A stretch of DNA of 64,000 nt, taken from NCBI GenBank assembly GCA_964106645.2, contig OZ067043.1, one strand, 5' to 3'. Positions 27,901-40,500 of the stretch are shown in pieces. Under the pieces are notes generated by a model, which had not been told where the DNA came from, searched no databases, and saw only the letters and a list, made by a program, of their open reading frames with translations. The stretch comes from Podarcis pityusensis (taxonomy: Eukaryota). A program made the position numbers and the translations under genes. The number at the start of each line of letters is the position of its first letter. Position 1 is the stretch's first letter.

Positions 27901-28225
27901 GCAGCTCCTTTGCTCACATTCTTTCCGCGCTGCTACAATAAGCCATTGTTACACCCAAGGCAGCTCTTAAGCCTAGGAGCTCGTAGAGGTCTTCCCTAAG
28001 GCATTGCCATGTCCAACGGGGACTGAAAGGTTTACGATGTTTCCTGGTTTAAAAAACAAAACGCAGCAAAATCCAGAATGCCTCCCAGGTTTTTAGAAAC
28101 AAAGCCAAATAAATAAAAAGCATTGGTCTCAAACACATGAATTCTCCGACTGACCACACCAATATTGATTTAGGATTATCACCTTTCCTGTTTGGTAAGT
28201 CTCAGAAAAAGTTACGTTTCTAAAG

Positions 28226-28226
<1 letters not shown>

Positions 28227-28269
<43 letters not shown>
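28227..28269. repeat. (TG)n microsatellite, about 520 bp upstream of the C6orf132 ATG
   Basis: Direct reading. Confidence 0.95.
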
Positions 28270-28270
<1 letters not shown>

Positions 28271-28845
28271 ATCTATAGCTACAGTCAGATGAATGTTATT
28301 TTTAAACAAAGATATAAAATATACAACTGTAAGAACTTCCTACTTCTCCACAGTCACTGCATTTCTCCTTTTGTAAACTCTATAGAAGCTTGAGCTAAGG
28401 CTTTGGTTAACCTCCCCAAGGCTAGGAAACAACTTCTGGAAAATTCTCTCCTTGCAAAATATCTTTTTCTTTTTTTAAATTGACTTTCAGAGGGAACAAT
28501 GAAAAGCTTGCTTTCACAATGAGAGAGGTGAAAGAGGTCTACGGAAATGCTCTCTTCGTGAAGACTCATCTCCATCCCCTCCATCATGTTTAACACATGT
28601 CAACACCTGCTATTTCCTCATCACATGGCCATTTTCCTGTCTACATGAGCCTCCCCCAGGAAATGTGCTGTGATGTGCCCCCATGAAATTATGAAGGGCA
28701 TGTTTACTGTACATTAAATTATGGCATCAGAGACAAGTAACCAACAGGAGGTGTTTAGGGGAAGTAAATCAGAAGATCTCCTGTGGCTTCTGAAATGTGT
28801 ATTAGTGTGGTCACTCCATTTGGGAGCTTCTGTGTCTCTACAAAG

Positions 28846-29210
28846 CATGGTGGGTGGCGCTGTGGTCTAAACTACTAAGTCTAGGGCTTGTGGATAGTAA
28901 AGTCAGCAGTTCGTATCCCTGTGATGGGATGAGCTCCCGTTGCTCGGTCCCAGCTCCTGCCAACCTAACTGTTCAAAAGCATGTCAAAGTGCAAGTAGAT
29001 AAATAGGTACCACTCCGGTGGGAAGGTAAACGGTGTTTCTGTGCACTGCTCTGGTTTCACCAGAGGCGGTTTTGTCATGCTGGCCACATGACCCGGAAAA
29101 ACTGTCTGTGGACAAACATTGGCTCCCTTGGCCAGTAAAGCGAGATGAGCGCCACAACCCCAGAGTTGTTTGTGACTGGATTTAACTGTCAGGGGTCCTT
29201 TACCTTTTTA
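28846..29210 (+). mobile_element. Sauria-type SINE
   Basis: gggtggcgctgtgg head, 'aaagtgcaagtagataaataggtac' core, (acctt)-type tail, TSD tgtctctacaaag at 28833-28845 and 29211-29223. Confidence 0.85.
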
Positions 29211-30251
29211 TGTCTCTACAAAGTCTCCAGATTGTTAGTACTGAGCACTGTGAATCTGCAAATTCATATTTAAAAAGCAGAAGTAGAGCACAATCTGCAT
29301 TGCAATGTTTGGAATCCAGTTTCTTCATTTGAATTTCAAACTCAAATTTTTAATCCTGAAACTCACATTTTGGCGCATCTTCACTTACTTCAGCAGAAAA
29401 ATTATAAAGCAGAGGGGAAAGGCTGTCCTGAAATTCTCCACCTTATTTGCCAGTGCCAAAATTGTGTGCGATGGCGGGAATCACTTCACCAAATATTCTG
29501 TCAGAGGAGGAGGAATTTTCCACTTTCTTTGTGGGTGAAGTTTGATCTTTGTGGTGGCAGTAGCACAGTTTCTTTCCTCCTTTTTTTCTAAGGTTTGTTT
29601 TGCTGCTGTTGTGGTAACTGCACTGGAAGCCTGGCCACCGTTATGTTCTCTTCACAGTGAGCTGGACCTGGGATCATTCCAGGACATTGTGATGGTGGTG
29701 AGGAATTGTGACCACCACAAAAAAAATGGTAATGAATATTCAGAAAATGTTTGGCAAAACAACCTTTTTTTTCTAAGAGTTGAGAGCGAGAAAAATAAAG
29801 TTTTCCTCAGAAAAATATATTTGGATAAATTTTGGCCCTGTTCTAAAAAATTCTGCTGACGAGTTCAGCTAAACATGTTAACATCTTTTCCACAGTTCCA
29901 CCTCAGGTACCAGCTGTTATGGCTGCTTCATTGTGTCAATTGGGCCAAGTTAAAAAGATGAGAATACATGTGGGAATCTTTTCACATTTGAACTCATCAC
30001 ACTTAGAACAAGCAAAAGGCTTTTTCTTCTTTATTATTTCAAAATTCCGATTCACTTTTTGTAAATTTGAGAAACCCAACAATCCACAAGCTCGTGAAGG
30101 AAGACAGACTGAAGAAAATATTATGGCAATGAGGCAGCTTTTACCGTAAGAATTCCCCCCCCCCAACTTTAACACTATATTTCTGTCTCTTAATCCAGGG
30201 GTGGACAGATAGCGCTCCATTGGTAGGCTATTGGCCAGCAAGTGCAATTTC

Positions 30252-31470
30252 AGCAAGGTACATAAAGGATTCCACAATCACATAATAAGAAGGTCCTTAT
30301 TAAAGGCCTGGGAAAAATATAAAGAGTTACTGGAACCTAAAACTCTGTGGTGGATATTCCTCAAAGAAAGGAAGAGGGCCAACCTATAGAGAACTATTAA
30401 TTGAACAGGAAGGAAAATTAAAATTGAAAGAGCATGTCAAAATAAAGGAATATTTACAGAGTTGGTTGCACCATAGACAACTGAATGAAATTTTTAAAGA
30501 GGCCAATAAAAAATGATTTGCCTATACAGTTTCCAGATTTAAAAGGGATGTTATAGATGATAACTCTAAACTGTTAAAAAAGGCATATGGCATACTTCTG
30601 AAATTAAATTAAAGAGAAATTAAAGATGAGGAAGTTAAATCAGTAATGATTAAATGGGCACAGGATATTGGGCATAATATACAATTTGATGTTTGGACAA
30701 AACTTTGAAAAGCGGACTTGAAGTTTACGGATTGTATATTGTTAAAAGAGAATTATATGAAGATGATGTACAGGTGGTATGTTACACCAACAAAATTGGC
30801 AAGAATGTATAAAACAGAACAAAGGAATTGTTGGAGATGTAAAGAAGGGGAAGGTACCTTTTACCATATGTGGTGGGAGTGTAAAAATATTCAAATCTTT
30901 TGGGAAATGATATATAATGAATTGAAAAAAATATTTAAAATGACATTTATTAAAAAACCAGAAGCTTTTTTGATAGGAATTTTAGGTCAACTGCCAAAAG
31001 AAAAACAGACATTATTTATGTATGCGATGACAGCGGCAAGAATTCTGATAGCACAGAACTGGAAGACTGGAGCTATACCATCAAAGGAACAATGGCAAGA
31101 GAAGTTGATGAACTATGCAGAGTTGGCAAAGTTAACAGATAAACTGTGTGAAAAAGACAATAGTGATTTTGAAAAAGAATGGGAACCTTTTACATTGTAT
31201 TTGCAGAAACAACAACAAAAGATAGAGTCATTGGTAGGACTTAAATAAACATTTGAAATTTTGCTTATAAAAAATAAGAAAGCTAATAGTAGGACAATAT
31301 AGAAGTATATATAAACAACAGAATGTAATATGACATGTAATAAACCAGGGATAGAAGTTGAGGGAAGTCAGTGGGGAAGGGGGAAAATGAAATTTGAATG
31401 TAATGTAATGATTACAGATATTGTTTTTTAAACCCCCCCCCCCAATAAAAATGATTTTAAAAACAACAAC
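30252..31470 (+). mobile_element. Older, degenerate L1-clade LINE 3' fragment related to the 33-35 kb element
   Basis: ORF 30718-31248 (MKMMYRWYVTP...CWRC...HMWWEC...KKPEAFL) aligns by eye with the 257-aa ORF. Upstream part has stops and frameshifts. AATAAA and an A-rich tail near 31444-31470. Confidence 0.88.
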
Positions 31471-31622
31471 CTCAATGCAACACTAATACCACTAACATTT
31501 ATACTGCATGCTTCAGGCTTCCCCATACATTATCACAGTAATCCTTACAACAGCCCTGTAAGGTAGTCTAGAATCATTATCCCCAAGTTACAGATGAGTG
31601 TCAGGGAGAATGATGTCTTACC

Positions 31623-32183
31623 CAGGGCTGGATTTAGGTTTGATGAGGCCCTAAGCTCCTGAAGGTGATGGGGCCCTTTATGTGTCCAGTTGTCCTTTGT
31701 CAACAACAAGTTGTCACTGTTTTTTGTGTTGAATATATGCTATATGGTAATTTATGGACCTAATAGGTATCCAAAGCCATTTGTACATAACAGAATATGT
31801 ATTTTATCAAAGTACCGTATTTTTTGCTCTATAAGACGCACCAGACCACAAGACGCACCTAGCTTTTGGAGGAGGAAAACAAAAATAATAATAATTCTGA
31901 ATCTCAGAAGCCAGAACAGCAAGAGGGATCGCTGCGCAGTGAAAACAGCAATCCCTCTTGCTGTTCTGGCTTCTGGGATAGCTGTGCAGCCTGCATTCAC
32001 TCCATAAGACGCACACACATTTCCCCTTACTTTTTGGGAGGGAAAAAGTGAGTCTTATAGAGCAAAAAATACGGTAATTGTTGAACTGAAATACAATTAA
32101 GAAGAAGTATATTTTTGGGGGGTCCCCAAGAGAGTGGGGCCCTAAGCTATAGCTTGTTTAGCTTATACATAAATCAGGCACTG
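31623..32183. mobile_element. hAT-type non-autonomous element, copy 2, with a nested Tc1/mariner MITE
   Basis: 8-bp TSD GTCTTACC/GTCTTATC (one mismatch), same family as 16662 and 43705. Confidence 0.85.
31815..32074. mobile_element. Tc1/mariner (pogo/Tigger-like) MITE
   Basis: TIR ccgtattttttgctctataagac / gtcttatagagcaaaaaatacgg with a TA TSD, confirmed by the empty site in a paralogous host copy. Confidence 0.88.
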
Positions 32184-33021
32184 GTCTTATCTAATGCTTC
32201 TTAAATGTGTTTGTGGCTGTGTCAAAAATAGATTTGAACTCAGGACTTCCTGGGAATCAGAAACTCCTGGAGGTCCAACAGCAGATCTCAATCCACCTTC
32301 TCCCCACCCATTGTTTTACAGCACATTCACACTATCTCAAATCAGTCCTGGTCTGATCCAACACAGAAAGTTCATGACACATTTTATCACCTGCTACAAG
32401 CTGATCACAACCTTCCAGCAAGACTGAGGAAGTAACAAGAGGGCACCACAGGGTACGTCTGGGTACCTCAGGCAGTGATCCATATCAGTTATTTGGAAGC
32501 AAATTCCACTGATATGTATGAGAGTTCTAAGCAAATATTTGCACATTTGAGCAAATAAGACAAAGATGAAAGAGAGAGAGGCCTGGTTCACATGACATAC
32601 TAAGCCAAACTATGCCTTACTGGAAGTAAGTGGACAGTGGCAGCAACCACTGTTGCTGCTTTCCTTCTCCTTGGTTGTTTGTTTTTACTCCCAAACCACG
32701 CTGAGCTAAAGCAAGTTTTGGCTTAGTGTGACATCTGGACCTGGGCTCGTGGTTAAGCTCTCTCCATCATTTCAGAAATTCAGTTCAGTTCAGCTGAACA
32801 GAATCTGCAAGGCTTTCATAAGGAAGGTTTCGGGGAGAGTCTGTTGTAGGCCTTTTGCAAGCACCCACATTGTCCCTGGTTGATCCTCCCGCATGCCAAG
32901 GAAAACTGATAAGCAAATCAGGGTGCTTTCAGATGGCAGCTTCCACTGTAGCTATGCTACCAAAACAGGAAAGTAAAGGGGGAAAGGTGAAAATTAACCG
33001 TATGGGGGTGGCACTGTTTTG

Positions 33022-35129
33022 TTTTTTTTTAATAAATGATTTTTATTAAGGTTTCAATAAAAGGTTAGACAGAAAAACACAAATACACAATACATAATCC
33101 AAAAAAAGAAGAAAAACACAAAGAGCAGGAAAAAAAAGAAACAGAACAATTAAAAACAATATCACCTTTTCATTTCCGTTTTTAAATTTACTTATTTTCT
33201 GGACTTCCTCATACCTCCCTCTTTTGTATTCCAGTCCAAATTGTTTGTCCAGCAATTTCTTTTCCACTTTTTTAATCCCAATCTTTAATCTTAATGTAAT
33301 ATAGCATTAAAATTTTACCTCTTAAGTACCAAATTTCCATTTCATTAAATTTCTTTAATCCTAATCTTTAATCTTAGTCTATCTATAACTTTATCCTGTA
33401 CAGTTGGAAACCACTTATTTTCAATTCAACATCACTCTAACATTCTTTAATTTTGCAGTGTTTCTGTAGATAATCTTTGAATTTCTTCCAATCTTCCTCC
33501 ACCGACTCTTCTCCCTGGTCACGGATTCTGCCAGTCATTTCCGCCAGTTCCATATAGTCCATCAGTTTCATCTGCCATTCCTCCAGCGTGGGAAGTTCTT
33601 GTGTCTTCCAGTACTTTGCGATGAGTATTCTTGCTGCTGTTGTTGCATACATAAAGAAAGTTCTATCCTTTTTTAACACCATTTGGCCGACAATGCCCAG
33701 GAGAAAGGCCTCTGGTTTCTTGGGGAAGGTATATTCAAATACCTTTTTTAATTCATTATAAATCATTTCCCAGAAAGCCTTAATCTTTGGGCACGTCCAC
33801 CAAAGGTGAAAAAATGTACCTTCAGTTTCTTTACATTTCCAACATTTATTATCAGGCAAATGATAGATTTTTGCAAGCTTGACTGGGGTTATGTACCACC
33901 TGTATATCATTTTCATAATATTCTCTCTTAAGGCATTACATGCCGTAAATTTCATACCTGTGGTCCACAACTGTTCCCAGTCAGCAAACATAATGTTATG
34001 TCCAACGTCTTGTGCCCATTTAATCATAGCCGATTTTACCGTTTCATCCTGAGTGTTCCATTTCAGCAGCAAGTTATACATTCTTGACAAATTCTTAGTT
34101 TTGGGTTCTAACAGTTCAGTTTCTAATTTTGATCTTTCCACCTGGAAGCCAATTTTCTTGTCCAATTTAAATGCCTCCATTATCTGATAATAATGAAGCC
34201 AGTCTCGCACTTTGTTTTTTTAATTTTTCAAAACTCTGCAATTTCAGTCTATCTCCATCTTGTTCCAAAATTTCCCAATATTTCGGCCATTTGACCTCCA
34301 TATTGACCTTTTTCAAGGCTTTCGCTTCCATTGGTGACAGCCACCTTGGGGTTTTGTTTTCTAATAAATCCTTATATCTTATCCAAACATTAAACAGCGC
34401 TTTCCTGACAATGTGGTTTTTAAATGCTATATGTGCTTTGACCTTATCATACCATAGGTATGCATGCCATCCAAATACATTGTTAAAACCTTCTAAATCC
34501 AAAATGTCAGTGTTTTCAAGAAGTAGCCATTCTTTCAACCAGCAAAAAGCTGCTGATTCATAGTAAAGTTTGAGGTCTGGCAGGGCAAATCCACCTCTTT
34601 CCTTTGCATCCGTTAGTATTTTAAATTTTATTCTGGGCTTCTTGCCCTGCCAGACAAATTTAGAAATATCTTTCTGCCACCTCTTGAAACAATCCATTTT
34701 GTCCACAATTTGCAAAGTTTGAAACAAAAACAACATTCTAGGCAATACATTCATTTTTATCGCAGCAATACGGCCCAGCAGTGAAAGCTTCAAATTTGAC
34801 CAAATTTCTAAATCTTTTTTCACTTCAGACCAACATTTTTCATAGTTATCTTTAAATAAGTTCCCATTTTTTGCTGTCATGTTAATCCCCAGGTATTTGA
34901 CTTTCTTAACCACTGTTAAACCTGTCTCATTCTGAAACCTCTCTCTTTCAATTGGTGTTAAATTTTTCTCTAAAACCTTAGTTTTTGACTTGTTCAATTT
35001 AAATCCTGCCACTTGACCAAATTCTTGAATCAGTTCTAAAACCCTTTTAGTACTAGATTCTGGCTCCTGTAACGTCAATACTAAGTCATCTGCGAATGCT
35101 CTCAATTTGTACTGTTTAGTTCCGACCTG
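33022..35129 (-). mobile_element. Young 5'-truncated L1-clade LINE (C-terminal RT with FADD motif, CCHC zinc knuckle, 3'UTR, polyA) with 19-bp TSD
   Basis: ORFs 34167-35141 and 33437-34210 (AFADDLVL, KYLGI, CWKC...HLWWTC) are joined by a single frameshift in an A-run near 34215. PolyT at 33022-33030. TSD tgggggtggcactgttttg at 33003-33021 and 35130-35148. Confidence 0.95.
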
Positions 35130-35813
35130 TGGGGGTGGCACTGTTTTGGTTGACTGTTCACCACAGCTGCTGTGTCAGCCATGCTGATCCTGCCTACCTA
35201 TTTGGATTAACAGTGATCAGCTCACAGATCCGCAGAATCCCGATGCACTTGCAAACCCTTCCATCTGAAAGAGTATTTAAAATGAGAGTTGCTACAGAGT
35301 AGCTCAGTTCATCTGGAATTCTGTACATGCCCAGAGACAGTGTGTGTGATTTGGTTTCACTGAGCAATGAGTGTGTCATTGTGGAAAGCCCCTGGGTTGC
35401 AGCCAGCCCAAACTAGCAATAAACAGAAAGTTGTAATTTTCCAATTGATCTCCTGAACCAATTCCCATATCAAATACAAGTGAGTATCATTTGCTCATTA
35501 ATCATCCAAAGAATGGATGCCAACCCAGCCAGTCTTAGCTCTGCTTGCATTTTCCAAAATATCTAACTATGATTCCTTTCAGTTATGATAAGATTATCCC
35601 ATTAAAAATAAGATGTGGCTGGCAGAGGTGCCTTTGTGACTTTTATTTGACTTTTCAGCCACTTTTTAGGCAAATGTCTCTCAACACATCTATAATACAG
35701 ATCCTTAAAACCCAGCAATAAAATAACTAAACATTTTCAACTATCCACTTCCATCCAAAGTGTAGATCAAAACATCATACAATAAAGTGGGGAGGGAAAA
35801 GATACTGAAAGTA

Positions 35814-35982
35814 CCGTATTTTTTGCACCATAACACTCACTTTTTTCCTCCTAGAAAGTAAGGGGAAATGTCTGTGCGTGTTATGGAGGAAATGCCTACG
35901 GGTGGCATGCCTACAGATTTTCCTCCTCTATAAACTACGTGCGTGTTATGGTCGGGTGCGTGTTATAGAGCGAAAAATACGG
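35814..35982. mobile_element. Tc1/mariner (pogo/Tigger-like) MITE
   Basis: TA-ccgtatttttt...aaaaatacgg-TA, related to the 31815 element. Confidence 0.8.
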
Positions 35983-36419
35983 TAATATGCAACCATCATA
36001 CCAATGGGCTTTCCTATATACTGTAGGCTGCACTTCCAAAGCAAGATTCTGTCATTCCAACATGCACAGAATCCAACGTTTGGTGTGTGCTTTCTACGGC
36101 TTGCCTGTCTTGGGTGCACCAAATAAGAACCCCCAAGTTTGGAGGGGGACCGTTCTGCATGCAGACACCCAAACAAACAAAAAAGGCATTTCTCTTTCCA
36201 TCCCACTTAGTGATATTCTCACCAAGAGAGAAGATGTGTAGATACTTGGGTGCAGTAAGAATACAAGCAAGTCATATCACCCAGTGTTTGCATTGCTTGA
36301 TCAAACCTATTTAGCAAGCTACATAAATATAGATAAAACCAAAGAACAAAAAGACGAGGAGCTTTTTAAAATAGCCATATCTTGAGGGCTTGTTAGAAAC
36401 TCATACACAGCCTTTAGAG

Positions 36420-36555
36420 CAGTGATGGCCAAACTTGGCCCTCCAGCTGTTTTGGGACTACAATTCCCACCATCCCTGACCACTGGTCCTGCTAGCTAGG
36501 GATGATGGGAGTTGTAGTCCCAAAACAGTTGGAGGGCCAAGTTTGGCCATCACTG
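36420..36555. mobile_element. Palindromic hAT-type MITE (near-perfect hairpin)
   Basis: Inverted arms of ~55 bp (cagtgatggccaaacttggccctcc...ggagggccaagtttggccatcactg) and 8-bp TSD CTTTAGAG. Confidence 0.9.
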
Positions 36556-37647
36556 CTTTAGAGCTAGGATGACGAAGTTGGCCAGTTTTAGGCTTTGCTG
36601 GAATTCTGGTGATTGTGAGAGCTTGCTTTGAATTGTTTTGTGTTATTTTACTTGGTTATAATAAGAATGTTTTTAATGAATCAGCAAGGCTCTCTGCCAT
36701 TTTTGGCTGTGCTAGGAAGTTGTAGAATATGAATGTGTTTTATCTTTTTTTTCCCTTGGAAAACCCTTTATAGGTATACTGGTTTTCTAAACTTCTTAGT
36801 ACACTGTTTACGTACAATCTCATCTTGGTACACCTCAGCATGTGATTTGTGGTCATTTTTCTCTGCAGTCAACCATGCATGAATATTGTGACGACATTCA
36901 AATCAATAGAAATTCATTTTTACCACTTCCACATTAATGACTTATACTTCCAGCTCAGGATAATTGTGGGCCCTTTCTTGTTAATCTAAATCAGGCGAGA
37001 CAATGAACTATAGCTATATATTTACACACAATCACATAGGGCCCAGCAGTCCATTTACATGACACATTTTGACCATTGTTCAAAAGTCACAATGGGGAAA
37101 TTATTGTACAAATGCATTGTGGGAATAGTGGAGGGACACATACTATTCATCTGAAGTCGAAGAGTCTGAAATACTGGTGTTTGGACCCAGGATAACTAGT
37201 CTTTGCTAACACGAAACCTGCAAACATCCTTAAATAGGACATACCTTAAGTGGGTATCTTTGCAGGTACTTTCAGAAACTGGAGGTTTCTGAATATTTGC
37301 ACTTAAATTAGCCAGTGTGCTGACATATTTGTGGCTTGATTTCCTCTCTTTCTTGGTAAGGTGCTCTACTTATGGGACTTCTATTCACTTATTGTGGGAA
37401 TGTCAGGCTGCAAGCAAGTTTTTGGGGTGTTTTGTTCCACATGATTTCTACAATTCTGAAGAGTACAGTGATTAAAGACCCAGGCCTGGCCTTGCTATCG
37501 CTATTTTGAGGAGCAAATGGATATATTTTGTTTAAGCCATTAATAAACTATTTGCATGTTCAGACCCAGAAACCTCCCCCTAAATAAATTCACACTTGTC
37601 TCAAATTTTGGTTTTGGTTTTTGGAAGAATTTAGGCCATAACTTTAT

Positions 37648-38276
37648 TGATTACAGAAAGTGACTGGTTGCAGAGGCTCTGGTTCGACTAGCTCCCTGAA
37701 CCATTGCAGGTAGTGCTGACCCAGGGCAGCAGCATAGATCAGCCAAGGGTGAACACCTGGGTAGATGAAAAGCCGGGAACAGACCATGTTCACCACCCAG
37801 ATGCCCCCCCTGGACTCAGGCATGGGCACCACCCCCTCTCAGGGGTTGACCAAACCATCGAGTCCCTGGATTCCTTTAACGGAATACCCTTCACATAGGG
37901 ATGGCGAGAGCGTTCTCCCATCCCTATCACCTGAACCAGAGCCTATCCACAACCTTACAAGTTGTGACGATTTGCTACGCGGCAGGTGAAACCCAAATGG
38001 CATCAGCCAAGTGGGGGAAATTCCTGCCGTGCCCCTGTCCCAACGACAGACAACACACAACGGCATAGCAAGGTCAAGCACAAAGCCCTAAAAGTAGGGA
38101 GAGGTGGACGGGTGTTCTGAATGCACACGCCAAAAGAGGAAGCTCTGGGTCACTTGCATGGGTATAAATAGGTCCCTCAAACCGTTTGGACTGCATCCCA
38201 TTGGCCAGATTGCACCCAGCTATGAGGGACCTACCAATTGGGTGCTGTGGCTGACCAATCGTACCCACCTACAACA
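37648..38276 (+). mobile_element. Possible degenerate solo LTR within LINE remnants
   Basis: GC-richer block from TG(A)TTACA to CAACA with TATAAATA at ~38164. No convincing TSD. Confidence 0.35.
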
Positions 38277-38279
38277 CAG

Positions 38280-38762
38280 TGTGTCAGTTTCCAGGTCTCA
38301 CCATAATACGTGCCCTCTTTAAGGGAGGACCCGATTTCCTGGTAGCAGCCTGGACAGAGATTGCATTCTTAGGGAGAAGTGATCATTTGTTAACTATGCA
38401 AAACTGGTATGATAGGGTTTGGAAGGTTATGCTTGCAGACAAACTAACACAACATTGCAGAGTAGTCAGAGGCAACATAATCAGAGATAAATTTTTCATT
38501 TAGGTATCACATCACCGGCTCTCTCTAAGGTTTAAAGGTGGTTGTTGTTAACTTTGCAAATCTGCTATTGTAATACATCCTATGTATTTGGCATTTGTAG
38601 ATACATTTTTTCCAAAGTGTGTAATGAGGACGCACGATTCACTTGCACTTTTCCCCTTTCGACATGATCTTTGAAATGCTATTGTTGTTTTATATTTGTT
38701 TGTTTTAATGTATTGTCTGCAATTAAAAAAGAAAGTAAAAAAGTTAAACAAAGAAAAAGAAA
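38280..38762 (+). mobile_element. Degenerate L1-like LINE 3' end
   Basis: Translates as FLVAAWTEIA...TMQNWYDRVWKVMLADKLT, resembling the L1 ORF2 C-terminus, and ends in an A-rich tail. A related HLLWEC-like remnant lies near 37375-37430. Confidence 0.5.
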
Positions 38763-39939
38763 CTGACCCGGTAAGAATCACTTTTATTATTTTATTTCCA
38801 TGTGTCTGTGCATGTGCCTTGCATACTGTAGCTATGTTATGTGATTATGCTATCTATCTGAATTGACGAAACATAGTTAATAAGTAACATCACTATTTAT
38901 TTAAAGAGAACTATATAAAGAGAACGGCACTATTTTCAGCTCTCAAATCATATTGGCTAACTGCATGGGAATCACAGTAGTAGTACTATACTACCATCTC
39001 CGCCAGCTAGATCTCTGAGTAGGGGATGTGTTCATGCCTGGCACTTATGAAAAGGACTTAAGCACTCATAAATTGCTTCCAAATCCCACCAGTGCTCAGA
39101 GCCCAGATCCAGTAGAAGCTTTCACCTAAAATGGTCCCCCACCAATTTTCCACCATGGCATACACTATGCAGTCAGCACTTCTTGCTTCCAACTCTTGGT
39201 GCATGGGCATATTGTGAGTGACACAACTTGCATGTTCAAGTGATATTTTGCCACATTCTAGCTGGGCAAACCCAGCCAGGTAGATGAAATCTGCTTTGTA
39301 ACATGCCCTTAAAAGCACATTGTAGATTTCAGCATGTTTGATTATGTTAAGACTGAGACACCCCCAAAGATAAATGAACTCAATTTAGCTTCTTCTTCTT
39401 TTTTATGTCTTCTCGCTCCCTCTGTTTTTAAATATCTGTTGAAAATTCCAGAAGTGTGCGTACAAATATGTTTCTTTGCATCTCATCCATGGAGGCTAGC
39501 TTGGTACATGTATATATTTGTGAAACCAGGCTCAACCCTGCCCTGCAGTGATGAACCTTTGAACCAAGGCAACTTACAAATAAGAAGCAAGATACATATA
39601 ACAATATCTGACCATGGTCAGCAGCTTCCAACAAGATTTACTAATATTAGCCATGACTTTCCAGTGCTTAGATCATGTTGTTTTGTTTTGTTTTTAAGCT
39701 AAGGCTCAGCCCCCAAACTCATGAAGAGGTGATTTTGATAACTGTTCATCTGAGCACACACAGAAAGTATTTTTATATCCCTTTCCACACATGGGTTTAG
39801 AAACAGAGCTTCCATATCAGATGGTACAGTTTCAAAACATGCTGGAATGCCAGTATACTTTTCCTTTTAGACATTAACAATGGGACATAGCGCTTCACCA
39901 AATTGCATGAGCCTGTAGGGCCATGGGAAGCATGGGTAC

Positions 39940-40371
39940 TGTCAGGGAACTGACATCGGAGCTAGAGGCGGAGGGAAGGCTCTCAAATGATGCTGGAGAA
40001 GGGCCCAGCAGGGAGAGAGGCAGCTCCGCAGATGGGGAAGCAAATCAGCGCCACACCAGGGATAAAGGGGGGCAGATGGGGGAATCGGCGAGAGGGCTCC
40101 AGGACTCTTCACCGGACACCAGCGGGGAGAGCACGGGTTCTCCGCTACCCACGCCCTCCCTGCGCAGAAGACTTCCACGCAGAGAGAGTAGGAGGAGACT
40201 GGGTGTCAAACAACTTTTATGCTGGAAAAGATTTAAGAAACGCCCACTGACGGATTCTGCTAGCGACTGAGGCAGCCACGAAGTGAAGGGCTGCCCAGAC
40301 TGAAAGGTTTAACAAGGCAACAAAGCCAGGAGAGGCGGCAACTTACGCACGAGCAACCCATACTCATTACA
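39940..40371 (+). mobile_element. Solo-LTR-like element, copy A (432 bp), with a 109-codon open frame
   Basis: TGTCA...TTACA termini, perfect 5-bp TSD GGTAC (39935-39939 and 40372-40376), closely similar to 55501-55935. Confidence 0.88.
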
Positions 40372-40500
40372 GGTACTCACTGGGTGAAATTCACAGGGAG
40401 ACCTGGGGCAAGTAACACTTTCTGAACCTAACCTACTTCATAGGGTTGGTGTGAGGATAAAGCCGGGCGTTTAACCCTGAGATCCTTGGATGAAGGGTGG

